Source of the DNA: Candidatus Poribacteria bacterium
GTDB lineage: Bacteria; Poribacteria; WGA-4E; PCPOR2b
Direction: 5' to 3'
DNA length: 64,000 bases
Assembly: GCA_965208325.1 (NCBI GenBank)
Contig: OZ242326.1
Location: forward strand, 4,320,001-4,384,000
In this document: positions 27,680-37,917 of the stretch, piece after piece
How positions within the stretch are numbered: the stretch's first letter is position 1
Layout of the letters: the number at the start of each line of letters is the position of its first letter
Made by a program: the position numbers and the translations under genes
The notes under the pieces: generated by a model
Databases searched by the model: none
What the model saw: the letters and a program-made list of their open reading frames with translations, nothing else
Told to the model about the DNA's origin: nothing

Positions 27680-28852
27680 ATGAGAGCAGTATTAGCATTA
27701 GCAGACGGCACAATTTACGAAGGCGAACATTTCGGCGCCGCCGGGGAGTCCGTCGGCGAGGTTGTCTTCAATACAAGTATGACGGGTTATCAAGAAATCC
27801 TCACGGATCCATCCTATAAAGGACAGATTGTGGCGATGACATATCCGTTAATCGGAAATTACGGCTGCAATGATGTTGATGTTGAATCAATTGTCCCGCA
27901 GGTCGAAGGATTTGTAGTGCGTGAATATAGTGCGCACTATAGTAATTGGCGCTCCCGCCGCAGCCTGGGTACCTACCTAGAAGAGAATGGAGTTATCGGA
28001 ATCCACGGTGTCGATACTCGCGCCTTAACCAAAAGGCTTAGAGTTCACGGCGTTATGAATGGGGTTCTATCGTCGGAAAGTTCTGACACTCGGCAACTTA
28101 TTGCAAAAGCGCGGGCGTGGCAGGGGTTGATAGGCGCAGACTTAGTTAAACGTGTGACCTGCCCAAATCCGTACTTGTGGAAGGATTCCAATCCGCATCC
28201 GAATTCTCTACCTCATTCAGATTGCTACAAGCGCCAGTGCAGCCCGCAAATGACAATTGATTTCGATTCATCGCCAGTCGGAGCCGTAACGGAGCCGCAG
28301 TTTCGTGTTATCGCAATGGACTTCGGGATAAAGTACAATATTTTGCGCCAACTAACTCAACACGGTTGTCAAGTGCAGGTTGTTCCAGCCCAAACCAAGG
28401 CGGAAGAGATTCTTGCGGCGAACCCTGATGGTATCTTTTTGTCGAACGGCCCCGGCGACCCGGACGCAGTTGATTATGCACTTGAGACAATCAAGAAACT
28501 CATTGGCAGAAAGCCAATCTTCGGTATCTGTTTGGGCCATCAACTATTAGGACTTGCGCTCGGGGGAAAGAGATTCAAACTCAAATTTGGACATCGAGGC
28601 GCAAATCAGCCGGTCAAACGGCTTGAAACTGACAAGGTAGAAATTACCGCCCAAAACCACGGTTTCTGTGTGGACATCGACTCATTGCCAAACACTGTAG
28701 AGATTACACACCTAAATCTGAATGACAATACCCTCGAAGGAATTCGGCATTTGGAACATCCCGTTTTCGCCGTACAGTATCATCCGGAAGCGTCGCCCGG
28801 CCCTCATGATGCAAGTTATCTTTTCGAGCAATTTACGGACCTTATGAAATGA
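27680..28852 (+). CDS. carA: Carbamoyl-phosphate synthase small subunit
   Basis: GEVVFNTSMTGYQE, SNGPGDP, GICLGHQ and QYHPEASPGPHD. Confidence 0.97.
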   Translation: MRAVLALADGTIYEGEHFGAAGESVGEVVFNTSMTGYQEILTDPSYKGQIVAMTYPLIGNYGCNDVDVESIVPQVEGFVVREYSAHYSNWRSRRSLGTYLEENGVIGIHGVDTRALTKRLRVHGVMNGVLSSESSDTRQLIAKARAWQGLIGADLVKRVTCPNPYLWKDSNPHPNSLPHSDCYKRQCSPQMTIDFDSSPVGAVTEPQFRVIAMDFGIKYNILRQLTQHGCQVQVVPAQTKAEEILAANPDGIFLSNGPGDPDAVDYALETIKKLIGRKPIFGICLGHQLLGLALGGKRFKLKFGHRGANQPVKRLETDKVEITAQNHGFCVDIDSLPNTVEITHLNLNDNTLEGIRHLEHPVFAVQYHPEASPGPHDASYLFEQFTDLMK

Positions 28853-28933
28853 AAAGCGATCAATCGAACGACGAGCGGGTGCGATGGTCTTCGGAAGACT
28901 ATTGCCATTTGCTCAATTAATGCGACGAAGACC

Positions 28934-31900
28934 ATGCCTAAGCGAACCGACATTGAGAAGATTTTAATCATCGGCTCCGGACCCATTATTATTGGGCAGG
29001 CCTGTGAATTTGACTATTCCGGGGCGCAAGCCTGCAAAGCCTTGCAAGAGGAAGGATTTGAGATTGTTCTGGTGAACAGTAATCCGGCGACGATCATGAC
29101 TGACCCGGAATTTGCAGACAGAACTTATATTGAGCCGATTACGGCGGATGTGGTCGAACGGATCATCGCGAGCGAACGTCCTGACGCCTTGCTGCCAACG
29201 TTGGGAGGCCAAACCGGGTTAAACGTCTCAGTTGAACTTGCGGAAGCCGGCGTGCTAGACACGTATAAGGTTGAATTGATTGGCGCGAAGCTTGAGGCTA
29301 TCAAAAAGGCAGAAGATCGCGAACTCTTTAAGCGGTCAATGCAGCGAATCGGATTGTCGGTACCAAATAGCGGCGTCGTGCATTCCGTTGAAGACGCCGT
29401 AAGTGTAGTTTCTTCAATTGGATACCCCGCAATTATCCGTCCGGCGTTCACACTGGGCGGAACAGGCGGCGGCATTGCGTATAACATCGAAGAGTTTCAG
29501 GTGATGGTCGAACATGGCTTGGCATTGAGTCCAGTCAATGAGGTTTTAATTGAAGAGTCAGTAATTGGGTGGAAAGAATTTGAACTAGAGGTGATGCGCG
29601 ATCATGCGGATAATGTCGTGATTATCTGTTCAATTGAAAATGTTGACCCAATGGGCATCCATACGGGTGATAGCATTACAGTTGCGCCTGTCCAGACGTT
29701 GACAGACAAAGAATATCAGAAGATGCGAGATGCAGCCATCAAGATAATCAGAGAAATAGGCGTAGATACGGGCGGCTCAAATGTCCAATTCGCCGTCCAC
29801 CCTCAGACAGGAGAACAGGTCGTCATCGAAATGAATCCGCGCGTTTCGAGGAGTTCTGCACTCGCGTCCAAAGCCACAGGATTTCCAATCGCCAAGATTG
29901 CGGCAAAACTTGCAGTTGGCTATACGCTTGATGAAATTCCCAACGACATCACCCGCCAAACCCCGGCTTCCTTTGAGCCTACAATTGATTACGTTGTCGT
30001 CAAAATCCCGCGTTGGGCGTTCGAAAAATTTCCGGATGCCGATGGAACCCTGACCACCCAGATGAAATCGGTCGGAGAAGCGATGGCAATCGGGCGGACT
30101 TTCAAAGAGGCTTTGCAGAAAGGCTTACGTTCGTTGGAAACAGGGTGGTATGGGCTTGGAGATCGGCACGTACAAAATCTCCCAGTTTCTGAATTGCCCG
30201 AAAAACTGACCTTTCCGAACGTTGAACGGCTCTTTTATATCAAACAGGCCTTCCAAGGCGGTATGAGTGTAGACCAGGTGTACGGCCATACAAAAATAGA
30301 TCCCTTCTTTTTGTATAACGTCAAGGAGATAGTCGATTTTGAAATGCACCTGACGACACAGGGAAGGGAGGAAATGAAAAAATCAACATCAGGATCGCGT
30401 GTTGTCCCATTGCCTCGCGAGTTGATGTCCCTGCTCCGCAAGTCGAAACAGTATGGATTTTCAGACCGCCAGGTTGCCGGGCTATGGGATGTTTCTGAAT
30501 CAGACGTCAGGTTGTTGCGGAAGAAAGCTGGAATCGAAGCAACATATAAGACGGTTGATACATGCGCCGCTGAATTTGAGGCGGTAACACCCTACTACTA
30601 TTCAACTTATAGCAGCGAGGATGAAGTTCGCCCAACTTCTAAAAGCAAGATTATCATTTTGGGCGGGGGGCCAAATCGGATTGGCCAGGGAATTGAGTTT
30701 GACTATTGTTGCGTTCACGCAGCTATGGCGCTTAAGGAAGATGGATTTGAGACGATTATGGTCAATAGCAATCCTGAAACGGTGAGTACAGACTACGATA
30801 CCTCGGACCGTCTGTATTTTGAACCGCTCACGCTTGAAGATGTGTTGAACATTATCGATCGCGAGCAACCTGACGGCGTTATCGTTCAATTCGGCGGGCA
30901 AACCCCCTTGAATCTTGCACTTGCACTCAAAGACGCAGGCGTACGCATTATCGGAACCAGTCCCGATGACATTGCGCGGTCGGAAGATCGAAAATTGTTC
31001 AAAGCTGTATTGGATGAAATAGGTCTGGTACAACCGCCAAACGGAACTGCAACATCGATTGAAGAAGCCAAACCAATCGCCGCGTCACTTGGCTATCCAG
31101 TCATTGTTCGCCCCTCGTATGTTCTCGGCGGGCGCGCAATGCAGATTGTCTACGACCAAACCCTGTTGCAGGAATACATGGACTCCGCAGTTGCCGCTTC
31201 ACCCGAACATCCGGTTTTAATCGACAAGTATTTGGAAGATGCAATCGAGGTGGATGTCGACGCAATTTCAGACGGCAGAACAACCCTCGTCGGGGGTATC
31301 ATGGAGCACATTGAAGAAGCTGGAATCCATTCCGGAGACAGTGATTGCGTGCTGCCCCCTTATACTCTTGTGGAAGAACAACTTGGCGAACTGAAACGGT
31401 ATACTTACGCGCTGGCAAAGGCACTCAACGTTCGTGGACTGATGAACGTTCAGTATGCTATCAAGAACAACGAAATCTATGTGTTGGAGGTCAACCCGCG
31501 CGCCTCACGGACTATACCGTTTGTCAGCAAAGCGATTGGGGTACCGTTGGCAAAACATGCGGCGCGGATTATGGCGGGAAAAACCCTAGAGGAAATCGGA
31601 TTTACCGAAGAAATCGAAAGGAACTATTTCTGTGTGAAAGCCCCCGTATTTCCGTTCAATCGCTTTCCGGGAGCAAATTCGCAACTTGGGCCCGAGATGA
31701 AATCGACAGGCGAGGTGATGGGCATCGACGAAGATCTTTCTCAAGCATTTGCCAAAGCACAAAAGGCGTGCGGCTACTCCTTGCCCGTCAATGGACGGGC
31801 GTTCATCAGCGTCAAAAACAAAGATAAGCGCGCAATCATATTTATCGCCAAGAAGCTCTCTGACATTGGATTTCAATTGATAGCAACTCACGGAACGGCA

Positions 31901-32191
31901 AAGGTGTTGCGTAGGAATGGGTTGGAGGTTTCGTTAGTCCATAGTATAGGAAAAGGACGCCCCACAATTCACGACTATGTTAAAAATCAAGATGTAGACC
32001 TTATTATCAATACTCCTACAGGTTACGACCATCATCCCGCGGAACAGTTGATAAGAAAGATAACAATTGATTATGGCATTCCACTGTTTTCCACTATCCC
32101 CGGTGCATCCGCTGCCATCAACGGTATTGAGGCGCTTCGCCGTGAAAAGTTAACTGTTGCGCCGCTTCAGGATTATTACACAAAATTGTAA
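28934..32191 (+). CDS. carB: Carbamoyl-phosphate synthase large subunit
   Basis: [28 protein letters not shown]; duplicated ATP-grasp halves; MGS domain. Confidence 0.98.
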   Translation: MPKRTDIEKILIIGSGPIIIGQACEFDYSGAQACKALQEEGFEIVLVNSNPATIMTDPEFADRTYIEPITADVVERIIASERPDALLPTLGGQTGLNVSVELAEAGVLDTYKVELIGAKLEAIKKAEDRELFKRSMQRIGLSVPNSGVVHSVEDAVSVVSSIGYPAIIRPAFTLGGTGGGIAYNIEEFQVMVEHGLALSPVNEVLIEESVIGWKEFELEVMRDHADNVVIICSIENVDPMGIHTGDSITVAPVQTLTDKEYQKMRDAAIKIIREIGVDTGGSNVQFAVHPQTGEQVVIEMNPRVSRSSALASKATGFPIAKIAAKLAVGYTLDEIPNDITRQTPASFEPTIDYVVVKIPRWAFEKFPDADGTLTTQMKSVGEAMAIGRTFKEALQKGLRSLETGWYGLGDRHVQNLPVSELPEKLTFPNVERLFYIKQAFQGGMSVDQVYGHTKIDPFFLYNVKEIVDFEMHLTTQGREEMKKSTSGSRVVPLPRELMSLLRKSKQYGFSDRQVAGLWDVSESDVRLLRKKAGIEATYKTVDTCAAEFEAVTPYYYSTYSSEDEVRPTSKSKIIILGGGPNRIGQGIEFDYCCVHAAMALKEDGFETIMVNSNPETVSTDYDTSDRLYFEPLTLEDVLNIIDREQPDGVIVQFGGQTPLNLALALKDAGVRIIGTSPDDIARSEDRKLFKAVLDEIGLVQPPNGTATSIEEAKPIAASLGYPVIVRPSYVLGGRAMQIVYDQTLLQEYMDSAVAASPEHPVLIDKYLEDAIEVDVDAISDGRTTLVGGIMEHIEEAGIHSGDSDCVLPPYTLVEEQLGELKRYTYALAKALNVRGLMNVQYAIKNNEIYVLEVNPRASRTIPFVSKAIGVPLAKHAARIMAGKTLEEIGFTEEIERNYFCVKAPVFPFNRFPGANSQLGPEMKSTGEVMGIDEDLSQAFAKAQKACGYSLPVNGRAFISVKNKDKRAIIFIAKKLSDIGFQLIATHGTAKVLRRNGLEVSLVHSIGKGRPTIHDYVKNQDVDLIINTPTGYDHHPAEQLIRKITIDYGIPLFSTIPGASAAINGIEALRREKLTVAPLQDYYTKL

Positions 32192-32275
32192 ATTAGTAAG
32201 CGCGTCCGTACTAGGACAGCTCAGTATGCAACGTGTTAATGGTAGTCAAACCAGCTATAAAGAAATGAGGAACAG

Positions 32276-33721
32276 ATGAGAGATTTGAAAATGGAATCTT
32301 ATTCTAACGACTGGAGGCAGCGGGAAGAAGCCGCCGAGTCGATGATCCCACTGATTGGAGAACTTTACCGCAATCATGGCGTGGTTACTACCGTTTACGG
32401 CCATTCTCTAGTTCATGGCTCGACCATTGATATTCTAAAGGCTCACCGTTTTTCTCGGCAGATTGTCCAAGACGAACTTTCTGCTTTCACAAGCTTACCT
32501 ATTCTTCAAGCGATGAGCCAGTTGAACCTTTCACCAGCTCGTATTGACATTGGCAAGTTGACTACAATGTATCTGCGCAACGAGACAGGCGCGTCCCTAG
32601 ACACCTTTGTTAGAACCGAACTGGCTGATATCAACAACGGTGAAAAGACGACCTTGGCTGCACCGCAAGATGTCGTCCTTTATGGATTTGGACGGATCGG
32701 ACGAACTCTCGCTCGGATTCTCATTCAAAGAAGCGGCGGCGGCGGCAGGTTGAGATTGCGGGCAGTCGTTGTACGCAACGAAATCAGAGGCGACCTGCCG
32801 AAGCGGGCAAGCCTCCTACGCCGTGATTCCGTCCATGGTTCGTTCAAAGGCACCATTATAGTCAACGAGTCAGAAAACGCCTTCATTGCTAATGGTAACA
32901 TGATTCGTCTCCTATACGCAGATAGCCCTGAACAGGCTGACTACAGCCGATATGGCATTCAAAATGCGATTGTCCTTGACAACACCGGTGTTTGGCGGGA
33001 TCGGCGCGGACTTGAACGGCATCTCAAAGCCGAAGGCGCCGCAAAAATTATCCTCACTGCGCCGGGCAAAGAAGAAGTTCCAAATGTTGTTTATGGCGTA
33101 AATAACCATGCCATCATGGATGGCGAGAAGATTGTCTCCGCTGCTAGCTGCACTACCAACGCTATTGTTCCGGTTCTTAAGGTGATGCACGACCGATTCC
33201 AAATTGAAGAAGGTCACATTGAAACTTGCCACGCTTACACCAATGACCAAAACCTGATTGACAATTACCACAAAAAGAGTCGAAGAGGGCGTGGCGCGCC
33301 GCTGAACATGGTAATTACAGAAACAGGCGCTGCTGAAGCGGTAGGCAAAGTATTGCCGGAATTGTCCGGCAGGCTAACGGCTAATGCGATTCGGGTTCCA
33401 ACCCCGAATGTATCACTCGCTATCCTGCATTTAACGCTAAACGAGGTGAGTACGGTAAGGGAAGTAAACAACTATCTGCGCGCCATTTCGCTCGACTCGC
33501 CGTTGCAAGGACAGATTGATTTCACCAGTTCGCCGGATGCGGTTTCGAGCGACTTTATCGGCACTTTGAAGACGGGAATAGTTGACTCGCTAGCAACCAT
33601 TGTGTCTGGCAATCGGTGCGTGCTATACGTCTGGTATGACAACGAATTTGGTTACAGCCACCAAGTGATTCGCATTCTCCAGTACATTGCAGGTTTGGAA
33701 CTTCCCGCTTTTCCGCGGTAA
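32276..33721 (+). CDS. gap: Glyceraldehyde-3-phosphate dehydrogenase, long form with N-terminal extension
   Basis: YGFGRIGR, SAASCTTN and WYDNEFGY; ~130 aa N-terminal extension. Confidence 0.93.
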   Translation: MRDLKMESYSNDWRQREEAAESMIPLIGELYRNHGVVTTVYGHSLVHGSTIDILKAHRFSRQIVQDELSAFTSLPILQAMSQLNLSPARIDIGKLTTMYLRNETGASLDTFVRTELADINNGEKTTLAAPQDVVLYGFGRIGRTLARILIQRSGGGGRLRLRAVVVRNEIRGDLPKRASLLRRDSVHGSFKGTIIVNESENAFIANGNMIRLLYADSPEQADYSRYGIQNAIVLDNTGVWRDRRGLERHLKAEGAAKIILTAPGKEEVPNVVYGVNNHAIMDGEKIVSAASCTTNAIVPVLKVMHDRFQIEEGHIETCHAYTNDQNLIDNYHKKSRRGRGAPLNMVITETGAAEAVGKVLPELSGRLTANAIRVPTPNVSLAILHLTLNEVSTVREVNNYLRAISLDSPLQGQIDFTSSPDAVSSDFIGTLKTGIVDSLATIVSGNRCVLYVWYDNEFGYSHQVIRILQYIAGLELPAFPR

Positions 33722-33889
33722 CCCTTTCAACCTCGAAGATTTAGCATCCTATTGATTTTCGCCGCGCTAGCTGATTTCGAAAATCGGCGTGAAATCAGTT
33801 GCCGTAAATATCACACACGTTTACAGGATAAAATATCCTCACTACTAATCTTCCTACATCCAGCATAGTTGACATGTCTCCCATGCATA

Positions 33890-35233
33890 ATGAAAAGAGT
33901 TGCTTCTGTTCGCCAACTTGCGTTGGACTGTCTAATCCGATTGGAAGAAGACAGTGCACCTATTGCTCGGTTAATTAATTGTACAATTCTTCAAAGCCGT
34001 TTGGATGCTTTAGATTGCGGTCTGCTAAATGAGCTTGTTTATGGTGTGGTTCGGTGGAGGAAGAAACTTGACTGGATTCTCCGCCAATTTGTAGATTCCC
34101 GGTTTCAATTGGATTTGAAAAGCCGCAACATCTTGAGACTAGGGGCATATCAGTTGCTCCACTTGGATAGGGTTCCACCGCATGCGGCTATATATGAAAC
34201 AGTCGAACTAGCGAAGCCTAAACGGAAACATGCGCAATTCATCAACGCGGTACTGCGTTCGGTGCAGCGAAATGCAAATCGCCTTGAGTTTTCCTCACTA
34301 CAAGCCGATCCGCTTCAGCATATCTCAATTTCTCTTTCCTATCCACAGTGGTTGGTGAAACGGTGGCTAATTCACTACGATTCCGAGTGGACACTGGCGT
34401 TCTGCCGCGCAAGTAATCAGATTGCACCGCTATCTATCCGGCTTAATTCCTTGAAAACTAACCGCGAAGAATTAATCGAATCGCTCACAGCGGATAGCGT
34501 TACGGTAAAGGAAAGCCAGATTTCGCCCGACGGTTTGATTTTGGCGGATTCACCTTCGTTACAGTCGTTGCAAGCTTACCGCAATGGCTGGTTCTACGTA
34601 CAAGATGAAAGTGCGATGTTAGTGGCGCACCTGCTAAATCCTCAACCGGAGAAAAAGGTTGTGGATCTATGTGCCGCACCCGGCGGGAAGACCAGCCACA
34701 TCGCGCAGCTCATGGGAAACACGGGGCAGATTGTTGCTGTAGATGTTTCGCAGGACAGGGTTAGAAGAATTGAGGAGAACTGCCAGCGACTCGGTATAAC
34801 AAATATTCTGCCACATGTTGCAAATTCCGCTAACGACTCGCTCGAATTCGTCAAGTATGCGGATTTCGTCCTAATCGATGCGCCCTGTTCAGGATTCGGA
34901 ACCCTTCGCCGCCATCCGGACATACGGTGGAATAAATCCCCCGAACAGATTAACGAGCTTGCTCAACTACAGCTTAACCTTCTGCAAAACGCGGTGCGCC
35001 ATGTTAAGCCAGGCGGCGTACTAGTTTATAGTACATGCAGCACAGAACCGGAAGAAAACGAGATGGTCGTGCGCCGTTTCCTCAAAAACCGTCCGAATAT
35101 TGTCATCGAAAACGCAGGAGAATTTCTACCGGCTATGCCTCCACACGCTATCACTTCGGAAGGTTTTCTACAAACCTTTCCGCATGAACACGGCACTGAC
35201 GGCGCTTTTGCCGTGCGTCTGAGAGTAAGTTAG
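33890..35233 (+). CDS. rsmB: 16S rRNA (cytosine967-C5)-methyltransferase RsmB
   Basis: NusB-like N-terminus; VQDES, DLCAAPGGKT, DAPCSG.G.LRRHPDIRW and YSTCS. Confidence 0.93.
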   Translation: MKRVASVRQLALDCLIRLEEDSAPIARLINCTILQSRLDALDCGLLNELVYGVVRWRKKLDWILRQFVDSRFQLDLKSRNILRLGAYQLLHLDRVPPHAAIYETVELAKPKRKHAQFINAVLRSVQRNANRLEFSSLQADPLQHISISLSYPQWLVKRWLIHYDSEWTLAFCRASNQIAPLSIRLNSLKTNREELIESLTADSVTVKESQISPDGLILADSPSLQSLQAYRNGWFYVQDESAMLVAHLLNPQPEKKVVDLCAAPGGKTSHIAQLMGNTGQIVAVDVSQDRVRRIEENCQRLGITNILPHVANSANDSLEFVKYADFVLIDAPCSGFGTLRRHPDIRWNKSPEQINELAQLQLNLLQNAVRHVKPGGVLVYSTCSTEPEENEMVVRRFLKNRPNIVIENAGEFLPAMPPHAITSEGFLQTFPHEHGTDGAFAVRLRVS

Positions 35234-35293
35234 AATTAAAAGTCAACAGAAGAAAACTGCGGTTAATCGAACGCGATTCACTTTGATTTTACA

Positions 35294-36835
35294 ATGACAC
35301 ACCCGCTTCTCGAAATGCAATCCATAACAAAAGACTTTCCGGGCGTCCGCGCGCTCAATGATGTTTCATTCGATGTGCAGCATGGCGAGATTCACGCGTT
35401 GTGCGGTGAGAACGGCGCGGGTAAGTCTACACTCATTAAGGTGCTTGGCGGCGTGTACCCTCATGGCGCTTATGAGGGTACGTTATGCATCAACGGTCGC
35501 GTTTATGATTTTAGTACTGTCGGCGACTCTGAAAATGAGGGAGTAGCGATAATCTATCAGGAGCCCGCATTGGTGCCAGATATGACGGTCGGCGAAAATA
35601 TTTTTTTGGGCCGCGAGCCTGGACGGTTCGGTTTCATTGATTGGAATCAGTTGTATCACCGAGCGGCGCGTCTGCTGTCAGACTTTGGCCTCCCTCTAGA
35701 ACCTCAAACCGCCGTGAATCAGTTGGGAATCGGAGGGCAGCAGATGGTGGAAATCGCCAAAGCCCTGTCGCGAGACGCTCGCTTGCTCGTACTTGATGAA
35801 CCGACCGCAGCGCTAACTGAAAGTGAAATAGAAAAGTTGATGCACATTCTCCGCCGTTTGCGGGAACAAGGAGTCTCTTGTATTTACATCACGCACAAGC
35901 TCAAGGAAATCTTCGAGATTGCGAATCGTGTAACTGTCCTGCGTGACGGAAAGACAGTGGGTACCTACACGGTAAATGAGTGCAGTGAAAGTGAATTGAT
36001 TGCCCGGATGGTTGGACGCGAATTGACGGATTTTTACCCGAAAAGTGAAAGGAAATTTGGAGAACTCGCGTTGCAAGTGCGAAATCTGAATTCATATCAT
36101 CCAGAAAGACCTGACCGGCAGTTCCTGAGAGATATATCCTTTTCTGTACGGCAGGGGGAAATTTTAGGTATCGCCGGGCTGATGGGATCGGGGCGGACAG
36201 AATTAATCAATGCCGTTTTTGGTGCATATCCGGGCAAGTGCACGGGAGAAATCGTTGTAGATGGTGTTCAAGTTTCGATTGAATCTCCCAGCGACGCGAT
36301 TCGGCACGGAATTGGGCTTGTCAGCGAGGATCGCAAGCGATTCGGGCTAATCCTTGACGCTGTTGTGCAGTCGAACATGACGTTAGCCAGCCTTGATGCT
36401 AGGTGCACCGAACGAGGGACTAAGATTGCACCACATGGGATTATCAATTGGAACGAAGAGTTTCGTCAGAGCCGTAATTATGTCGATTCTCTGCAAATTA
36501 AAGCGCCGTCGCTCGATTCCCAAGTTAACCACCTTAGCGGCGGCAACCAACAGAAGGTAGTATTGGGCAAATGCTTGATGACGCTGCCGAGGATTCTTCT
36601 CCTTGACGAGCCTACCCGCGGCATTGATGTGGCTGCGAAAGCGGAGATTCACCGGTTGATTGCTGAACTTGCCCGCCAAGATGTTGCGATCGTGATGGTT
36701 TCGTCTGAGTTCCCCGAAATCTTGAACATGAGCGATCGAATCCTAATTCTGCATGAGGGTGAAATTTCGGGGGAATTTGATAATGACGATGCGACTCAAG
36801 CCGAGATTTTGCGTTGCGCCGCTGGTGGAACGTAA
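35294..36835 (+). CDS. Monosaccharide ABC transporter ATP-binding protein (XylG/RbsA-like)
   Basis: GENGAGKSTL; tandem ABC domains; LSGGNQQKVV and DEPTRGIDV. Confidence 0.92.
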   Translation: MTHPLLEMQSITKDFPGVRALNDVSFDVQHGEIHALCGENGAGKSTLIKVLGGVYPHGAYEGTLCINGRVYDFSTVGDSENEGVAIIYQEPALVPDMTVGENIFLGREPGRFGFIDWNQLYHRAARLLSDFGLPLEPQTAVNQLGIGGQQMVEIAKALSRDARLLVLDEPTAALTESEIEKLMHILRRLREQGVSCIYITHKLKEIFEIANRVTVLRDGKTVGTYTVNECSESELIARMVGRELTDFYPKSERKFGELALQVRNLNSYHPERPDRQFLRDISFSVRQGEILGIAGLMGSGRTELINAVFGAYPGKCTGEIVVDGVQVSIESPSDAIRHGIGLVSEDRKRFGLILDAVVQSNMTLASLDARCTERGTKIAPHGIINWNEEFRQSRNYVDSLQIKAPSLDSQVNHLSGGNQQKVVLGKCLMTLPRILLLDEPTRGIDVAAKAEIHRLIAELARQDVAIVMVSSEFPEILNMSDRILILHEGEISGEFDNDDATQAEILRCAAGGT

Positions 36836-36882
36836 AATCAAAAAACTCACATGACGTAAATTAAACGTAAGGGAAATATGCT

Positions 36883-37851
36883 ATGGAAAACGCAAAGATA
36901 GTGTGTACAGGCCCCATTGATGATATCGCAGTTGAAATATTGCGTCCATACGGCGAAATCGTGATTGCTCCGGTTTTCGAGGAGGAAGCGTTGCTTTCGC
37001 TTGTTGGCAGCGCCATCGGCCTGGTAGTACGGGGAGCGGAAGGAAGCGTGAACGCGTGTGTGATAAATGCCGCAACAGACCTAAGGGTAATCGGCCGCTC
37101 CGGCGTAGGATATGACAACGTCGACATTAGTGCTGCCACAGCACGAAATATTCCGGTGGTTTACACGCCCGGAGTTAACGCCCGTGCGATAGCAGAGGCA
37201 GCTATGGCACTTATTTTTACCTTGTGTAAGAAGGTCGTCTTTTGGGACGCTCAGCTAAAACTGGGCAACTGGAGCAGCCGTTTTCGAAACCAGCCAGGGG
37301 ATTTGGACGGCGCCACGTTGGGTATCATCGGTTTCGGACGAATCGGACAGATGCTTGCACAGTTAATCCGCCCATTTAATGTAACAATTCTAGCCTATGA
37401 CCCCTACGTGTCACACGAACAGGCGAACGAGCTAGAAACAGAACTGGTCAATCTTGAATCATTATTACAGCGCTCAGATTTCATCTCTATCCACGCGGCC
37501 TTGACACCTGAAACGCAGGGGCTAATCAACCGCGACCGTTTGCAACATTTAAAGCAGGGCGCTTACATCGTTAATTTGGCGCGGGGCGGACTAATTGAAA
37601 GTCTTGACGTATTATATGAATCGTTGAAATCAGGCAGATTAGGAGGCGTTGGACTGGATGTTTTCCAACCTGAACCGCCGGACGTCAGCCATCCTATTTT
37701 TCAATTGCCCCAGTGCATTACGTCACCTCACGCTCTAGGATTGACGCCGCAAGCCATGACGAAAATATTCGAGAGCATGGCTACAGACATGGCAGCAATA
37801 TTAGATGGAAAGCCGCCGCGGCACGTTGTAAACCCAGAAGTTTTAAGATAG
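36883..37851 (+). CDS. D-isomer-specific 2-hydroxyacid dehydrogenase (SerA-like catalytic domain)
   Basis: GRSGVGYDNVD, GIIGFGRIG, VNLARGG and GLDVFQPEPP. Confidence 0.9.
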   Translation: MENAKIVCTGPIDDIAVEILRPYGEIVIAPVFEEEALLSLVGSAIGLVVRGAEGSVNACVINAATDLRVIGRSGVGYDNVDISAATARNIPVVYTPGVNARAIAEAAMALIFTLCKKVVFWDAQLKLGNWSSRFRNQPGDLDGATLGIIGFGRIGQMLAQLIRPFNVTILAYDPYVSHEQANELETELVNLESLLQRSDFISIHAALTPETQGLINRDRLQHLKQGAYIVNLARGGLIESLDVLYESLKSGRLGGVGLDVFQPEPPDVSHPIFQLPQCITSPHALGLTPQAMTKIFESMATDMAAILDGKPPRHVVNPEVLR

Positions 37852-37917
37852 GATGGCCCCGTTGATTCCGTATTTTTGTTGCCTGCTCGCATTGATGGCT
37901 TAAATTAAGATGACAAC